From Vulcanimicrobiota bacterium (GTDB lineage: Bacteria > Vulcanimicrobiota > Vulcanimicrobiia > Vulcanimicrobiales > Vulcanimicrobiaceae): a stretch of DNA of 64,000 nucleotides. The notes beneath the pieces were generated by a model. It made no database searches and was not told the DNA's origin. It worked only from the letters and a program-made list of their open reading frames with translations. The position numbers and the translations under genes are program-made. Location of the stretch: NCBI GenBank assembly GCA_963833095.1, contig CAWHWQ010000001.1:1-64000 (forward strand). Direction: 5' to 3'. Below are positions 43,165 through 52,295 of the stretch, one piece after another. Within the stretch, counting starts at the first letter, position 1, and each line of letters opens with the position of its first letter.

Positions 43165-43903
43165 CGAGAGCCTTTCTAAAACCCTGGAGTTCGCTTTGCA
43201 GTGCATCGCGGTTGGCGGCAAAAATTTCGTCCCACATTTGCGGCGACGACCGGCCCAGGCGCAGCAGCTCGCGCGCCGCCGGTCCGCAGAGCGCATCCAC
43301 CAGCGCAGGATCGCTCGATGCTCGCTCGCTCACGCATTGTGTGAATGCGTAGGCGATAAACTGCGGCAGGTGCGAGGTCAGCGCGACGATTGCATCGTGA
43401 TCGGCTGCATCCACGGCGAGTGACGTCGCGCCGAGCGCCTCGACGAAGACGCGTGCTTGCGCGCTGCGTAGTTCATCTGAGGTCGGCACGAAACACCAGA
43501 TGCGGCCTTCGAACAGATCGCTACGCGCCGCGTCGGGGCCGCGCCGCTCCGCACCGGCCATCGGGTGTGTCGACACGAAGGTCGCAATTCCATCGGCTGC
43601 TCGTACGATTGGCGCTTTCACCGACGCCACATCAATGATGAGCTGATCGTCGCGCAGCGCACGCCACCGCAGTGATGCAACCTCTTCGAGCGTGCCGCTA
43701 ACATGCGCCGCGATGACGACGACATCGGCGCCACCATAGATTTCATCGCGCTCGGCAATGCGATCGATCGCGCCCTTTCGCAATGCGCCGCTTGCGGCAG
43801 CCGGGTCGCGGTCGTATCCCAGCGCCTCCCAGCCGCGTTCGCGCGCGGCAAGCCCGATCGATGCGCCGATCAATCCGGTGCCGATAATGCCAACGCACGG
43901 CAT
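43142..43903 (-). CDS. tyrA: Prephenate/arogenate dehydrogenase
   Basis: GTGLIGAS, DVASVK, HPMAG.E, HD..VALTSHLP. Confidence 0.9.
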   Translation of the reverse strand: MPCVGIIGTGLIGASIGLAARERGWEALGYDRDPAAASGALRKGAIDRIAERDEIYGGADVVVIAAHVSGTLEEVASLRWRALRDDQLIIDVASVKAPIVRAADGIATFVSTHPMAGAERRGPDAARSDLFEGRIWCFVPTSDELRSAQARVFVEALGATSLAVDAADHDAIVALTSHLPQFIAYAFTQCVSERASSDPALVDALCGPAARELLRLGRSSPQMWDEIFAANRDALQSELQGFRKALDARRISR

Positions 43904-43906
43904 CGG

Positions 43907-44305
43907 CTAGGTCGTCGTCGTACGAGCGAGGTCGGGACGCAACACGACCGCTCCGTCGAGATAGACGTGTTCGATTGCATCGATCGTTCGCGTGGTATTG
44001 ACGTGCATCAGCACGCGAATGACGCGCTCGAGCGACCCGGGAACGTCGATTTCGCAGAAATGCAACATTGGCACGTTCGTCCAGCCCATCTCACGTGCGC
44101 CCAGCGCAGGGAAGACCGCGCGCAGGTCCGGCGTGAGACTGAAAAGCACGGAAGCGATATCATCGATCTCGACCTCATTCCGCTCGATCATTGCAGTCAG
44201 GAGGCGTTTGGTGGCGTCGACGATCGCCGCGCCCTCATCACGCTCGACGGTGATGGCGCCGCGAATACCGCGTACTTTGCAGCCGCGCCACTCCGCTTCT
44301 TTCAT
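43907..44305 (-). CDS. aroH: AroH-class chorismate mutase
   Basis: VRGIRGAITV, T.DL...FPA..AR, HVYL.GA..LRPDL. Confidence 0.93.
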   Translation of the reverse strand: MKEAEWRGCKVRGIRGAITVERDEGAAIVDATKRLLTAMIERNEVEIDDIASVLFSLTPDLRAVFPALGAREMGWTNVPMLHFCEIDVPGSLERVIRVLMHVNTTRTIDAIEHVYLDGAVVLRPDLARTTTT

Positions 44306-46067
44306 ACGCGGACCTGCGGTTGCGACCAGATGTCGATCTGCTCGAGGTCGCGCATGATCGTGCCAAAGTCGTCGAAGGTGAGCGCCTGTTCCTTATCACT
44401 CTTGGCTTCGGGCGGATTGGGATGCACCTCGATGAGCAACCCGTGCGCGCCGACGGCTTTGGCCGCGCGGCACAGCGGGCGCACCCAGCGGCGCACGCCG
44501 ACCCCGTGGCTCGGATCGACCCACACCGGCAGATGCGAGCGCTCCCGTAACACGGGTACCGCCGAGAGATCGAGCGTGTTGCGCGTGGCCTGTTCGAACG
44601 TACGAATGCCGCGTTCGCACAGAATCACGTTGGGATTGCCTTCGGAGAGAATGTACTCGGCTGCGGCAAGTAGCTCGTCGACCGTTGCGGCTAGGCCGCG
44701 CTTGAGCAACACCGGACGCCCGCAGCGCCCGACGGCTTTGAGCAGATCGAAGTTCTGCATGTTGCGCGCGCCGATTTGCAAAACGTCGATTTGCGCGGCC
44801 ATGCGCTCGACCTGATCGATCGTCATCACCTCGCTCACCGTCGGAAGGCCGCTCGCACGCCCCGCTTCAGCGAGCAGCGACACGCCTTCCCAGCCCAGGC
44901 CTTGAAAGGCATACGGGCTGGTGCGCGGTTTGAACGCACCGCCGCGCAACATCACCGCGCCGTGCGCCGCGACCGAACGCGCCGTGTCGAGAATCTGTTC
45001 GCGCGATTCGACCGAACACGGGCCTGCCACGATCGTGAACTCGCCGTCGCCGACGCGCACGCCGCCGATCTGCAGCGTGGTCCCCGGCGGATTTGCCGCG
45101 CGCGAAACACGTGGAAAGGGCGAATCGGCAATCGCGGGCGGCGGAGCGATTTCACGCACCAGTTCGACCAGCGCTTTAGGCGGATCGTCGTTGCGCCCGA
45201 TCGGCTCGCCGACATGCGCGTCGTAGCTCCCTAGCACGGTCAGCGTCTTGCAGGCCTTCTTCAGCTCAGCGAGCGCGTCCGCGACATTCGCATCGTCGAG
45301 ATCACCGTCGAAGTCGACATAAAAGACGCGCTCGGTTCCGTAACCCAGGTGCGGCTTGGACTCGAGCTTGTCGCCGTTGATATTGCGGCTGGCGAGAATG
45401 GCCAGCGCGCCCGCGAGCGACCCCGTGCGCTCCTCGACGGAAAAGATCAGCGACGTCTTGCGCCGCGCAGCTCTTTCGCTAGCGCAAGCACCGGGTTCGA
45501 TGCGCCGCTGTGGCGCGGCCGTACGATGAGGAAGCGCGAGTAGGTACGCGGGTCGTCGCTGCAGTGCGTGGCCAGTTCAATCAAGTCGTAGATCGAGGCG
45601 GCGGCGGGTGAAGCAAGGGCGGCGATCGCCGGATTGCCGCCCCGCGCGACCTCGCGCGCAGCGACGCCGGTGTCTTCGCATGGAATCGCGCGCGCATGAT
45701 CGAGTCCGGCAAGAAACGCGCCGCACTCCGCGAGCACCAGCGGATGGGCGAGAACTTCGCGCACGTCGCGCAGTTCCGCACCACGCACGCCGAGCAGACG
45801 GTGGTCGGTGCGCCACTGAATCTCAGAGACCGGCACGAGATCGAACTCGGCAAGCAGGTCGTAGCCTTCGCGTACCGTCCCGACGATCGCATTCTCGATC
45901 GGGATGACCCCGATCGCGGCACGCGCACCGGCCACGGCGGTTGCCATCTCGCGAAAGCTGGGAAGGCCCACGGTCGGCATTTCGATGCCGTGTTCGCGCA
46001 AAAAGTGCCCGAGCACGAGCTGCGAGTAGGCTCCATCGACTCCTTGGTAGACCGCTGTCATTGCCAT
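44302..46067 (-). CDS. aroF: Fusion of prephenate-dehydratase-like domain + ACT domain + class I-beta DAHP synthase (one frameshift near 45465)
   Basis: DAHPS motifs AGPCSVE, RGGAFKPRTSPY, QIGARNMQNF, CERGIR, DPSH. The same frame extends upstream through an ACT domain (KTSLIFSV...LESKP...FYVDFDG) with no start codon of its own. PDT-like ORF 45447-46067 abuts it in the adjacent frame. Confidence 0.85.
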
Positions 46068-46078
46068 TGCCCCTGATT

Positions 46079-46116
46079 GAAAAAGAACGAGTCCCCACTT
46101 CGGCGGGGACTCGTTC
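46079..46116 (-). terminator. Attenuator terminator upstream of the aroF fusion
   Basis: Perfect 12-bp stem gaacgagtcccc/ggggactcgttc followed by TTTTTC, about 12 nt before the start codon. Confidence 0.88.
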
Positions 46117-46157
46117 GTGCATTTTACGCGTGTTCTGCGGCTTCTTGCCGGCCAGCC

Positions 46158-46238
46158 TTATGCGTGCGCGAATCCCCTTGGGCCACCCAGGCCAAAGTAG
46201 TAATACCAAAACGCGTAGCTAAAGCTGTGGACAGTCAC
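46158..46238 (-). CDS. 26-aa aromatic-rich leader peptide MTVHSFSYAFWYYYFGLGGPRGFAHA
   Basis: GTG 46238 to TAA 46158; 8 aromatic codons within codons 6-15, six consecutive; followed by antiterminator/terminator. Too short for the ORF track. Confidence 0.88.
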   Translation of the reverse strand: MTVHSFSYAFWYYYFGLGGPRGFAHA

Positions 46239-46285
46239 GTTGCGGCTATGCAATCACATCCCGGCGGCGCCTGTCAAGCCGCGAG

Positions 46286-46669
46286 CTAGGAATTGAGCAC
46301 CTTTCGGAGCTCTGCGGCGATCTCGGTATGGCTGTAGCCGCGGTGGCGCAGCGAATCCACAAAGCGTAGCGCCGCGTCGGCAAGGGCGTTCGATCGCGCG
46401 CGCCGGTCGGTCGCGGGCGTCTTACTCGCCACGCGGGTCCCACGCCTCCCCTCGCTGACCAACCACCCCGCATCCTGGAGATCCGCGTAGGCTCGCGCCA
46501 CGGTGTTGGGCGCAACGCCTAAATCCCCCGCGAGTTGGCGCACCGTCGGCAAGGGCGCATCGGGCGCGAGCGTACCGCGCTCGACCGCCGCACGAATCTG
46601 CTCGAAGATCTGTTGATAGGGCGGCGTTTCGATTTGCGGATCAACCGCGATGAGCGCGTCGTCGGACAT
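46286..46669 (-). CDS. GntR-family regulator, YtrA-like
   Basis: PPYQQI, LPTVRQLA.DLGVAPNTVARAY, GRRGT.V; short C-terminal domain. Confidence 0.92.
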   Translation of the reverse strand: MSDDALIAVDPQIETPPYQQIFEQIRAAVERGTLAPDAPLPTVRQLAGDLGVAPNTVARAYADLQDAGWLVSEGRRGTRVASKTPATDRRARSNALADAALRFVDSLRHRGYSHTEIAAELRKVLNS

Positions 46670-46673
46670 TTGC

Positions 46674-47441
46674 CTAACGAAAAACCACGATCGCGCGACG
46701 CACGAGCAAAGGGACGACGAATCCGCACCACGCGCCGAAAACTAGGACATAGGCTATCCTATGGAGCAGCGTGCCCGGCGTATGCACCGAGACCATTGCA
46801 ACGAAAACCAGCGGGACGCCCATGCCGACGGCAAACAATCCGAGCACGCGACAACGGCGGATTCGATTATCGACATAAAGTTCGGTTTCTGGATCGCTGC
46901 CCGACATAATCGACGCCATTGAGTTTGACGCGACGGCAAAGCCAAACGTCGCGAGCGCGGCGAGCGTGACGCAGATCGATGCAATCGCGGATTGCGGCGC
47001 GTCGAGAAAGGCCAGTGGCGCGACGGATACTATCGCCGCGGCTGGATACCAAGGCAGCGGAACGACGGAGGTCAGGGTGCGTGGCGCGAGCGCTGCGGCG
47101 CGCGTCGCTCCGCGATTGCGAAGTCGCAGATACGACGTTCCCAAACTTGTCACGAAGGCGCACGTGCCGAATCCGTAGCCGATGATCCCGCTAAGTGCGC
47201 CTCCGAGTACCGCGGCGCCGAGCAGAACGTTGATGATTCCCGGGATATACCAGGCGGCGAGCGGAAGCGCTTCGAGCTCTTGACGGCGCGCGACGGTTTC
47301 ATAGAGTCCTGGCAAGCAATCGTCGCGGAAGTACCGGCGCAGATCGTTCAACGCGCGGGCGCGTACGACCAAGTACATACCGAATCCGACGAGGAAGAGC
47401 CCAAGATACCAACGTTCGAACGCCATGTTCCAAATCATCAT
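46674..47441 (-). CDS. Multi-pass membrane protein co-transcribed with the GntR gene
   Basis: About seven hydrophobic segments; 4-nt gap to the gntR gene. Confidence 0.7.
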   Translation of the reverse strand: MMIWNMAFERWYLGLFLVGFGMYLVVRARALNDLRRYFRDDCLPGLYETVARRQELEALPLAAWYIPGIINVLLGAAVLGGALSGIIGYGFGTCAFVTSLGTSYLRLRNRGATRAAALAPRTLTSVVPLPWYPAAAIVSVAPLAFLDAPQSAIASICVTLAALATFGFAVASNSMASIMSGSDPETELYVDNRIRRCRVLGLFAVGMGVPLVFVAMVSVHTPGTLLHRIAYVLVFGAWCGFVVPLLVRRAIVVFR

Positions 47442-47480
47442 TGTATCTATATACTAATACAAACCTAGGTTTTGTGTCAA
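47441..47480 (-). promoter_or_regulatory. Promoter with overlapping palindromic GntR/YtrA-type operator
   Basis: TTGACA-N18-TAGTAT; palindrome TTGTAT-N10-ATACAA (47441-47462) covers the -10 and the start. Confidence 0.7.
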
Positions 47481-47559
47481 TCCCTTAGAACAATGGCTCA
47501 ACGCTGCGCGTTGACCTTTAGCGTTCGGCCTTTGGCCGATCCGCCCACGGAATGAGACG

Positions 47560-48699
47560 TTGAAAGATAGACTAGGCGTACTTGATGGGATGCGCGGTAT
47601 CGCCGTGCTGCTCGTGCTGTGGTACCACATTTGGGAGATCTCGTGGCTGCCTGCGCCGGAACCGTGGCTGCAATGGATTCCCGAAACGGGCTTCATCGGC
47701 GTCCATCTCTTCTTCTTTCTGAGCGGCTTCGTCATTACGTTTCCGTTCGTGCGCGCGCAGTTCGCGGGCGAGCCGCAGCCGGCGTGGGGCCACTTTGCGT
47801 GGCGGCGCTTCATCAAGATCGTCCCATCCTACGTGCTCTCGATCGTGGTCGCATACGCGATTGGCTATGATGTGCTGTGCCGCGCGGGCGCGGCGCCTTG
47901 GCAAGAGATCGTCACCCACCTGCTCTTCATCCATACCTGGTTTCAATCAACGTACGGGTCGATCAACGGCGTGCTCTGGACGCTCGCGGTCGAAGTCGAG
48001 TTCTATCTGATCTTTCCGTTGGTGTGGTGGTGCTTTTCGCGGCGCCCATTGCTGACCGTCGTCGTCATGATCGCGATTTCCGAGCTGTGGCGTATGCACG
48101 CGGCGCAGTGCTGCTTTGCCGATCAGATGCCGCTGCTGGTTGAAAACCTCCCCGGCTATCTCGACATCTTCGCCTGCGGAATGCTCTCCGCATGGCTGTT
48201 CGCACGCTTTGGCCACCAGCTGCGTGCGCCGGGCATATCGCTCGTTATGCCGATGCTCGCCATCGCGGGCGCCTGGCTCCTGTGCACGCTCCTGATTCAC
48301 ATGTTCGACCATCGCATGGATCCGCAGTGGCAAACGGCGCTGCAGATTTATACGCGCCCGCTGTATGGCGTGAGCTTCGCCGCGATCGCGATCGGCTCGC
48401 TGGCGGCCCCGCGCGCATGGCAAGCGCTGCTCGCGAATCCGCCGCTGCGCTTTCTCGCCATCATCTCATACAATCTCTACCTGTATCACCAACTAGTCGC
48501 TCGCGAGATGGTCAACAACCACATCCCGGCATATTTCGGCGATCCGCACTACGATCCGGTATGGCGGGTCCGCTACACGATCCTCGCCTTCATCGTGACC
48601 GTCGTGCAGGCGGCAATCGTGACCTATCTGGTGGAGCGCCCGCTCCTGCGCTTGCCGCAACCGCGTCTTCTTTCACGTATACGGGGGCACTCACCGTGA
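47560..48699 (+). CDS. Acyltransferase family 3 (OafA-like O-acyltransferase)
   Basis: LDGMRGIAVLLV..YH, FFFLSGF, WTLAVEVEFY, SYNLYLYH, VERP. Confidence 0.9.
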   Translation: MKDRLGVLDGMRGIAVLLVLWYHIWEISWLPAPEPWLQWIPETGFIGVHLFFFLSGFVITFPFVRAQFAGEPQPAWGHFAWRRFIKIVPSYVLSIVVAYAIGYDVLCRAGAAPWQEIVTHLLFIHTWFQSTYGSINGVLWTLAVEVEFYLIFPLVWWCFSRRPLLTVVVMIAISELWRMHAAQCCFADQMPLLVENLPGYLDIFACGMLSAWLFARFGHQLRAPGISLVMPMLAIAGAWLLCTLLIHMFDHRMDPQWQTALQIYTRPLYGVSFAAIAIGSLAAPRAWQALLANPPLRFLAIISYNLYLYHQLVAREMVNNHIPAYFGDPHYDPVWRVRYTILAFIVTVVQAAIVTYLVERPLLRLPQPRLLSRIRGHSP

Positions 48700-48700
48700 T

Positions 48701-49138
48701 GTGCGCCACATCGAACGCGGTGACAGCCTGGTCGAAGTCGTTGTAGCGGTCGCGATTATCGCGGTGGCCGCCGGCACGCTCGGCGCCGCTACGATTGCCG
48801 CAGTCCACCGCTTCGGTCCGGATCCACTCCAAAGTGCGCTCGAAGCAGCGGTGACCCGCGAGATGCGAATCGCCGTCGACATCATGAAATATCAAGGCGC
48901 GAGACTGCCAACGACGACGGTCGCGACCGCAGTCCCATTACCGAGCGGCTCGCCGCTGCCGGTGCACCTGTCGCTCTCGACCACGACGGCCGCAAGCGGC
49001 GCGGTGACGATCGTGCTTTCGGCAAGCGACGATAACGACACCACGAAAAGCGCGACGCTGAGTCAAACGATCGCGGCGCCCGCGCCGCTCCCCGGCGCAC
49101 GTCTTCCGGCAAGCAGCAACGGCGCGGCGCCACAGTGA
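48701..49138 (+). CDS. Prepilin-type (minor pilin/pseudopilin-like) protein
   Basis: ERG|DSLVEVVVAVAII: Gly-1, Glu+5, hydrophobic helix. Confidence 0.65.
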   Translation: MRHIERGDSLVEVVVAVAIIAVAAGTLGAATIAAVHRFGPDPLQSALEAAVTREMRIAVDIMKYQGARLPTTTVATAVPLPSGSPLPVHLSLSTTTAASGAVTIVLSASDDNDTTKSATLSQTIAAPAPLPGARLPASSNGAAPQ

Positions 49139-49803
49139 TGCTGCTGCGCACCCTATTTTTGCTCGCGCTCCTCGCCGTGCTTGGAGAAACGATCGTGCAC
49201 GGCGCTGCTTCACTCGCCCAAGCTGCGCTCCGGCAGCGCGCCCTCGACGCCGCTCGCCTGGCTTTCGTCAGCGGCGTGCGGGCTGCGCAGGCCTCGGTTG
49301 CGCAGAGCGTTGCGGCGAATCCGCAGGCGTCGAGCTTCGCCGCGCCCGCGCCGATCGAAACCTGCGCCTACGCCGACGCGAACGGCTGCGAGCTCAACGT
49401 ACAAACGCATTTTGTAGCGCAGTCTGCCGCGCCGGCGCCTTCCTCGTGCCCCGGGACCGCCTGCACCATCGTGTTGCAGAACAATAGCGCGGTGAGCGAA
49501 ACGCGCGCCTCGTTTGTCATCGCAAGTGTCGTTAGTGCCACGAGCGGTGCCACGGTCGCTTCACGCAGCGGAATCGTCGCGTTTCGCACCTTTGCTGCAG
49601 CGCCCTACGCATCGATCGTCGGCGGAGCCGACGCGACGCTCGATGCGCTCTTCAACGGCGGAGCCGGCGACGACGCCGGTGCCCCTAATACCCTCATCAA
49701 CGTTGAATATGATCCCAACGCCGGCGGCGCGAGCACCGCGGGAAACGTATGGCAGCCGGCAATCGAGAGCCCCGCCTCGGCCGCGCCCGCCTGGGATCAT
49801 TAG
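49135..49803 (+). CDS. Hypothetical membrane-anchored protein, possibly pilus-associated
   Basis: N-terminal hydrophobic helix, two Cys pairs, overlap with the prepilin gene stop. Confidence 0.5.
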   Translation: MMLLRTLFLLALLAVLGETIVHGAASLAQAALRQRALDAARLAFVSGVRAAQASVAQSVAANPQASSFAAPAPIETCAYADANGCELNVQTHFVAQSAAPAPSSCPGTACTIVLQNNSAVSETRASFVIASVVSATSGATVASRSGIVAFRTFAAAPYASIVGGADATLDALFNGGAGDDAGAPNTLINVEYDPNAGGASTAGNVWQPAIESPASAAPAWDH

Positions 49804-50582
49804 CCGGCGAATCGCCGAATCGCCTCGGCAACGTCGTCAGGCGCTTCGATCGGAAGGTTGTGTCCGGTATCGCGTAATTGAACGAAGAGCGCGCCGCCGA
49901 TTGCGCCCGTCACGTCGCGCTTTATTTGCGAAGCCGACACGAGTGGATCGTTGCTCCCCGCAATCGCCAAGACCGGCACGCTAATCGAGGCAAGGCGTTC
50001 GGTGAACTCACTCACCCGACCGGTATCATACCAGCCTGTCCAGTGCTCGTACGAGGCGACGAGCGCGTCATCGACGATCCGCTCCATGACTGCGGCAGCA
50101 ACTTCACGCTGCATCGCCGAGCGCTGGAACCGTTCGATTCGCGCGCGCGACCCGTAGGTCTCGAGCGTCAGCGCGCGGTGGCGCGGCGACGGGCGCGCCG
50201 GACGCGCTGTTCCTGGTGCAACCAAAATCATGCGCTCGAGATTGGGCGGCTGCTCGGAGGCGACGTATTGTGCCAGCTTTCCGCCCATCGAATGGCCGAC
50301 GAGTGTCACCGACGTCGCGATCGACACCAGCGCCGCGCGCAAATCGCTCGCATAACCCTCGAGGTCGTGTCCCTCGCGCGGGCGATCCGAGCGCCCACAT
50401 CCGCGGAAATCCAGCATATGGAGCGTGAAGGCGGTAAGGTCGAGACGTTCGGCGACGTCATACCACATGCGACGCGACGAGATCCAACCATGAGCGAAGA
50501 GCACGTGCCTTGGCCCGGATCCGCGACGCTCACAGCACAATCGGAGCGAACCGTTTTCAAGAAAGGGCATGAACTGACTCAT
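49800..50582 (-). CDS. Alpha/beta hydrolase
   Basis: HGW, DFRGCGRS, GHSMGG nucleophile elbow, terminal GH. Confidence 0.9.
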   Translation of the reverse strand: MSQFMPFLENGSLRLCCERRGSGPRHVLFAHGWISSRRMWYDVAERLDLTAFTLHMLDFRGCGRSDRPREGHDLEGYASDLRAALVSIATSVTLVGHSMGGKLAQYVASEQPPNLERMILVAPGTARPARPSPRHRALTLETYGSRARIERFQRSAMQREVAAAVMERIVDDALVASYEHWTGWYDTGRVSEFTERLASISVPVLAIAGSNDPLVSASQIKRDVTGAIGGALFVQLRDTGHNLPIEAPDDVAEAIRRFAG

Positions 50583-50607
50583 CGTCACACGAAGCTTGCG
50601 CGTAATC

Positions 50608-51519
50608 GTGCCGCGCCGCCTGCTTATCTACGGTGCATTGCTCTACGTTGTACTCGCTTGGGCGATCAATATGATCGTCGCAAAGCAGGCCATCGAGCAG
50701 ATGAACCCGCTCGCCTTCACCTTTGTGCGTTTTCTGATCATGACGCCCCTTGCGTTTATACTTGTATGGGTTACGGGCGGTCGCATCCATATCGAGCGCC
50801 GCGACATTCCCGCATTCCTGCTCTGTGGCGCGTGCGGTTTCGGTCTGTACCAATACTTTTGGATACTCGGTCTTGCGCACACCACGCCTTTTGCGACCGC
50901 GCTCCTGGGCGCAACCTCACCAATCTTCACGCTAGCGATCGTAGCTCTCGCCGGGCACGAGCATGTGCGGCCCGGGCGATGGCTTGGCGTGGGGATCGCG
51001 CTGTTCGGCGTCGCGATCTTCGAAGGCGCGTTTTCCGGCAACGCAGCGATGCGTATCGGCGATCTACTGGTCCTTGCCTCTGCTGCCGTCTTTGCAGGCT
51101 ATAACGTGGTTGGTTCCCGGCTCATGGCGCGCTACCAGCCGCTGGAGTTGCTCGCGATCGGCCTGACGATCGGCGCTATCATGCTCGTTCCCGGCGGCGT
51201 ACCGGCACTGTTGCACACAAATCTTCCGGCGCTCGGATGGGACGTATGGTGGCGCGTCCTGTACGCTACGCTCTTTCCCATCCTCCTCACCTATCCGGTC
51301 TGGATCTGGGGAATCAACAAACTCGGCGCCGGAAAAGGATCGATCGTTCAATTCCTCATGCCCGTTTTCACCGGCATCCTGAGCGTCCCGATCTTGCACG
51401 CCGAGTTTCTTCCTTACGAATTGATCGGCGCGATCGTCTGCCTGGGTGGTATGTTCTTTGCCTTCGCGCTCGGCCGTTCGGGACGACCGGATCCTACGTT
51501 GGAAGGTGAGTTAGCCTAA
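50608..51519 (+). CDS. DMT/EamA-family transporter
   Basis: Ten hydrophobic segments in two repeats; start approximate. Confidence 0.88.
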   Translation: MPRRLLIYGALLYVVLAWAINMIVAKQAIEQMNPLAFTFVRFLIMTPLAFILVWVTGGRIHIERRDIPAFLLCGACGFGLYQYFWILGLAHTTPFATALLGATSPIFTLAIVALAGHEHVRPGRWLGVGIALFGVAIFEGAFSGNAAMRIGDLLVLASAAVFAGYNVVGSRLMARYQPLELLAIGLTIGAIMLVPGGVPALLHTNLPALGWDVWWRVLYATLFPILLTYPVWIWGINKLGAGKGSIVQFLMPVFTGILSVPILHAEFLPYELIGAIVCLGGMFFAFALGRSGRPDPTLEGELA

Positions 51520-52218
51520 ACGGTCGCCGAATTCGAGCAGCATCGGCGCGTTCGCAACACGATCCAGAAAAGCGACTGGAACGGCTTGCGCGGAGTCGAC
51601 TTGGCTGGGCTGGTTCTGTGCATGCACGTGAAGGTGCGCGCGGCTTGTGGTTCCCGAATTTCCGCAGCGTCCAATCTCATCGCCCGCGTGGACGCCTTCC
51701 CCGACGCGAACGATCACCGACCCTTGACGCAAGTGCGCGAGGATCACGAAGCCGCCCGGCGTTTCGATCGAGACGTAGTTGCCGAACGGGCGCGCGCGAT
51801 CGTGCTGGCGCTGCGCCGGCGATGCATCGGGCCGACGATCCTCCATGTGCACGATCATTCCGTCGCACGGTGCGAGAATCGGCTGATCCCACGATTCGCC
51901 ATCTTCGCGCTCAAAGTCGTACGCGAAGTACTGATCGCCGCGACCGAGATGATGGTTGTGACGCGGATCAGGTCCACCGGATGTGACGAGCCAGCGATCG
52001 GCAAACGGCGGCTGGAGCACGAGGGGCCGATCCGATGCGCGAGCGAGCCAGCGCTTCGAGGCAGCTTGCGTGTTGAAGCGCTTCCAAAGCAAAAACGCGA
52101 CGATCGCGGCGACGGCGATCCAGAAACCCGGCACGCCGATCTGGGAATCCCAGAATACGACGAATCCGAAGCCTGCCGCGACCAAGACGAGAATCGTCAG
52201 ACTATTGGGAAAACGCAC
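51511..52218 (-). CDS. Membrane-anchored M23 metallopeptidase
   Basis: HH...AYDF, GNYV.I, LAHL, GNSG....HLH; two N-terminal TM segments. Confidence 0.85.
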   Translation of the reverse strand: MRFPNSLTILVLVAAGFGFVVFWDSQIGVPGFWIAVAAIVAFLLWKRFNTQAASKRWLARASDRPLVLQPPFADRWLVTSGGPDPRHNHHLGRGDQYFAYDFEREDGESWDQPILAPCDGMIVHMEDRRPDASPAQRQHDRARPFGNYVSIETPGGFVILAHLRQGSVIVRVGEGVHAGDEIGRCGNSGTTSRAHLHVHAQNQPSQVDSAQAVPVAFLDRVANAPMLLEFGDRLG

Positions 52219-52295
52219 GTCGTGTCCACCTGCACATCGCCGCAAGGGTCGGCCCAGGAGGCGCATAATTCCTGCCGCATGACGGTTCGAGACCG

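Noticed and set aside
45447..45490. Programmed -1 frameshift producing PDT-only and fusion proteins
   Set aside because: No canonical slippery sequence seen and indel errors are common in this window; not excluded without reads.
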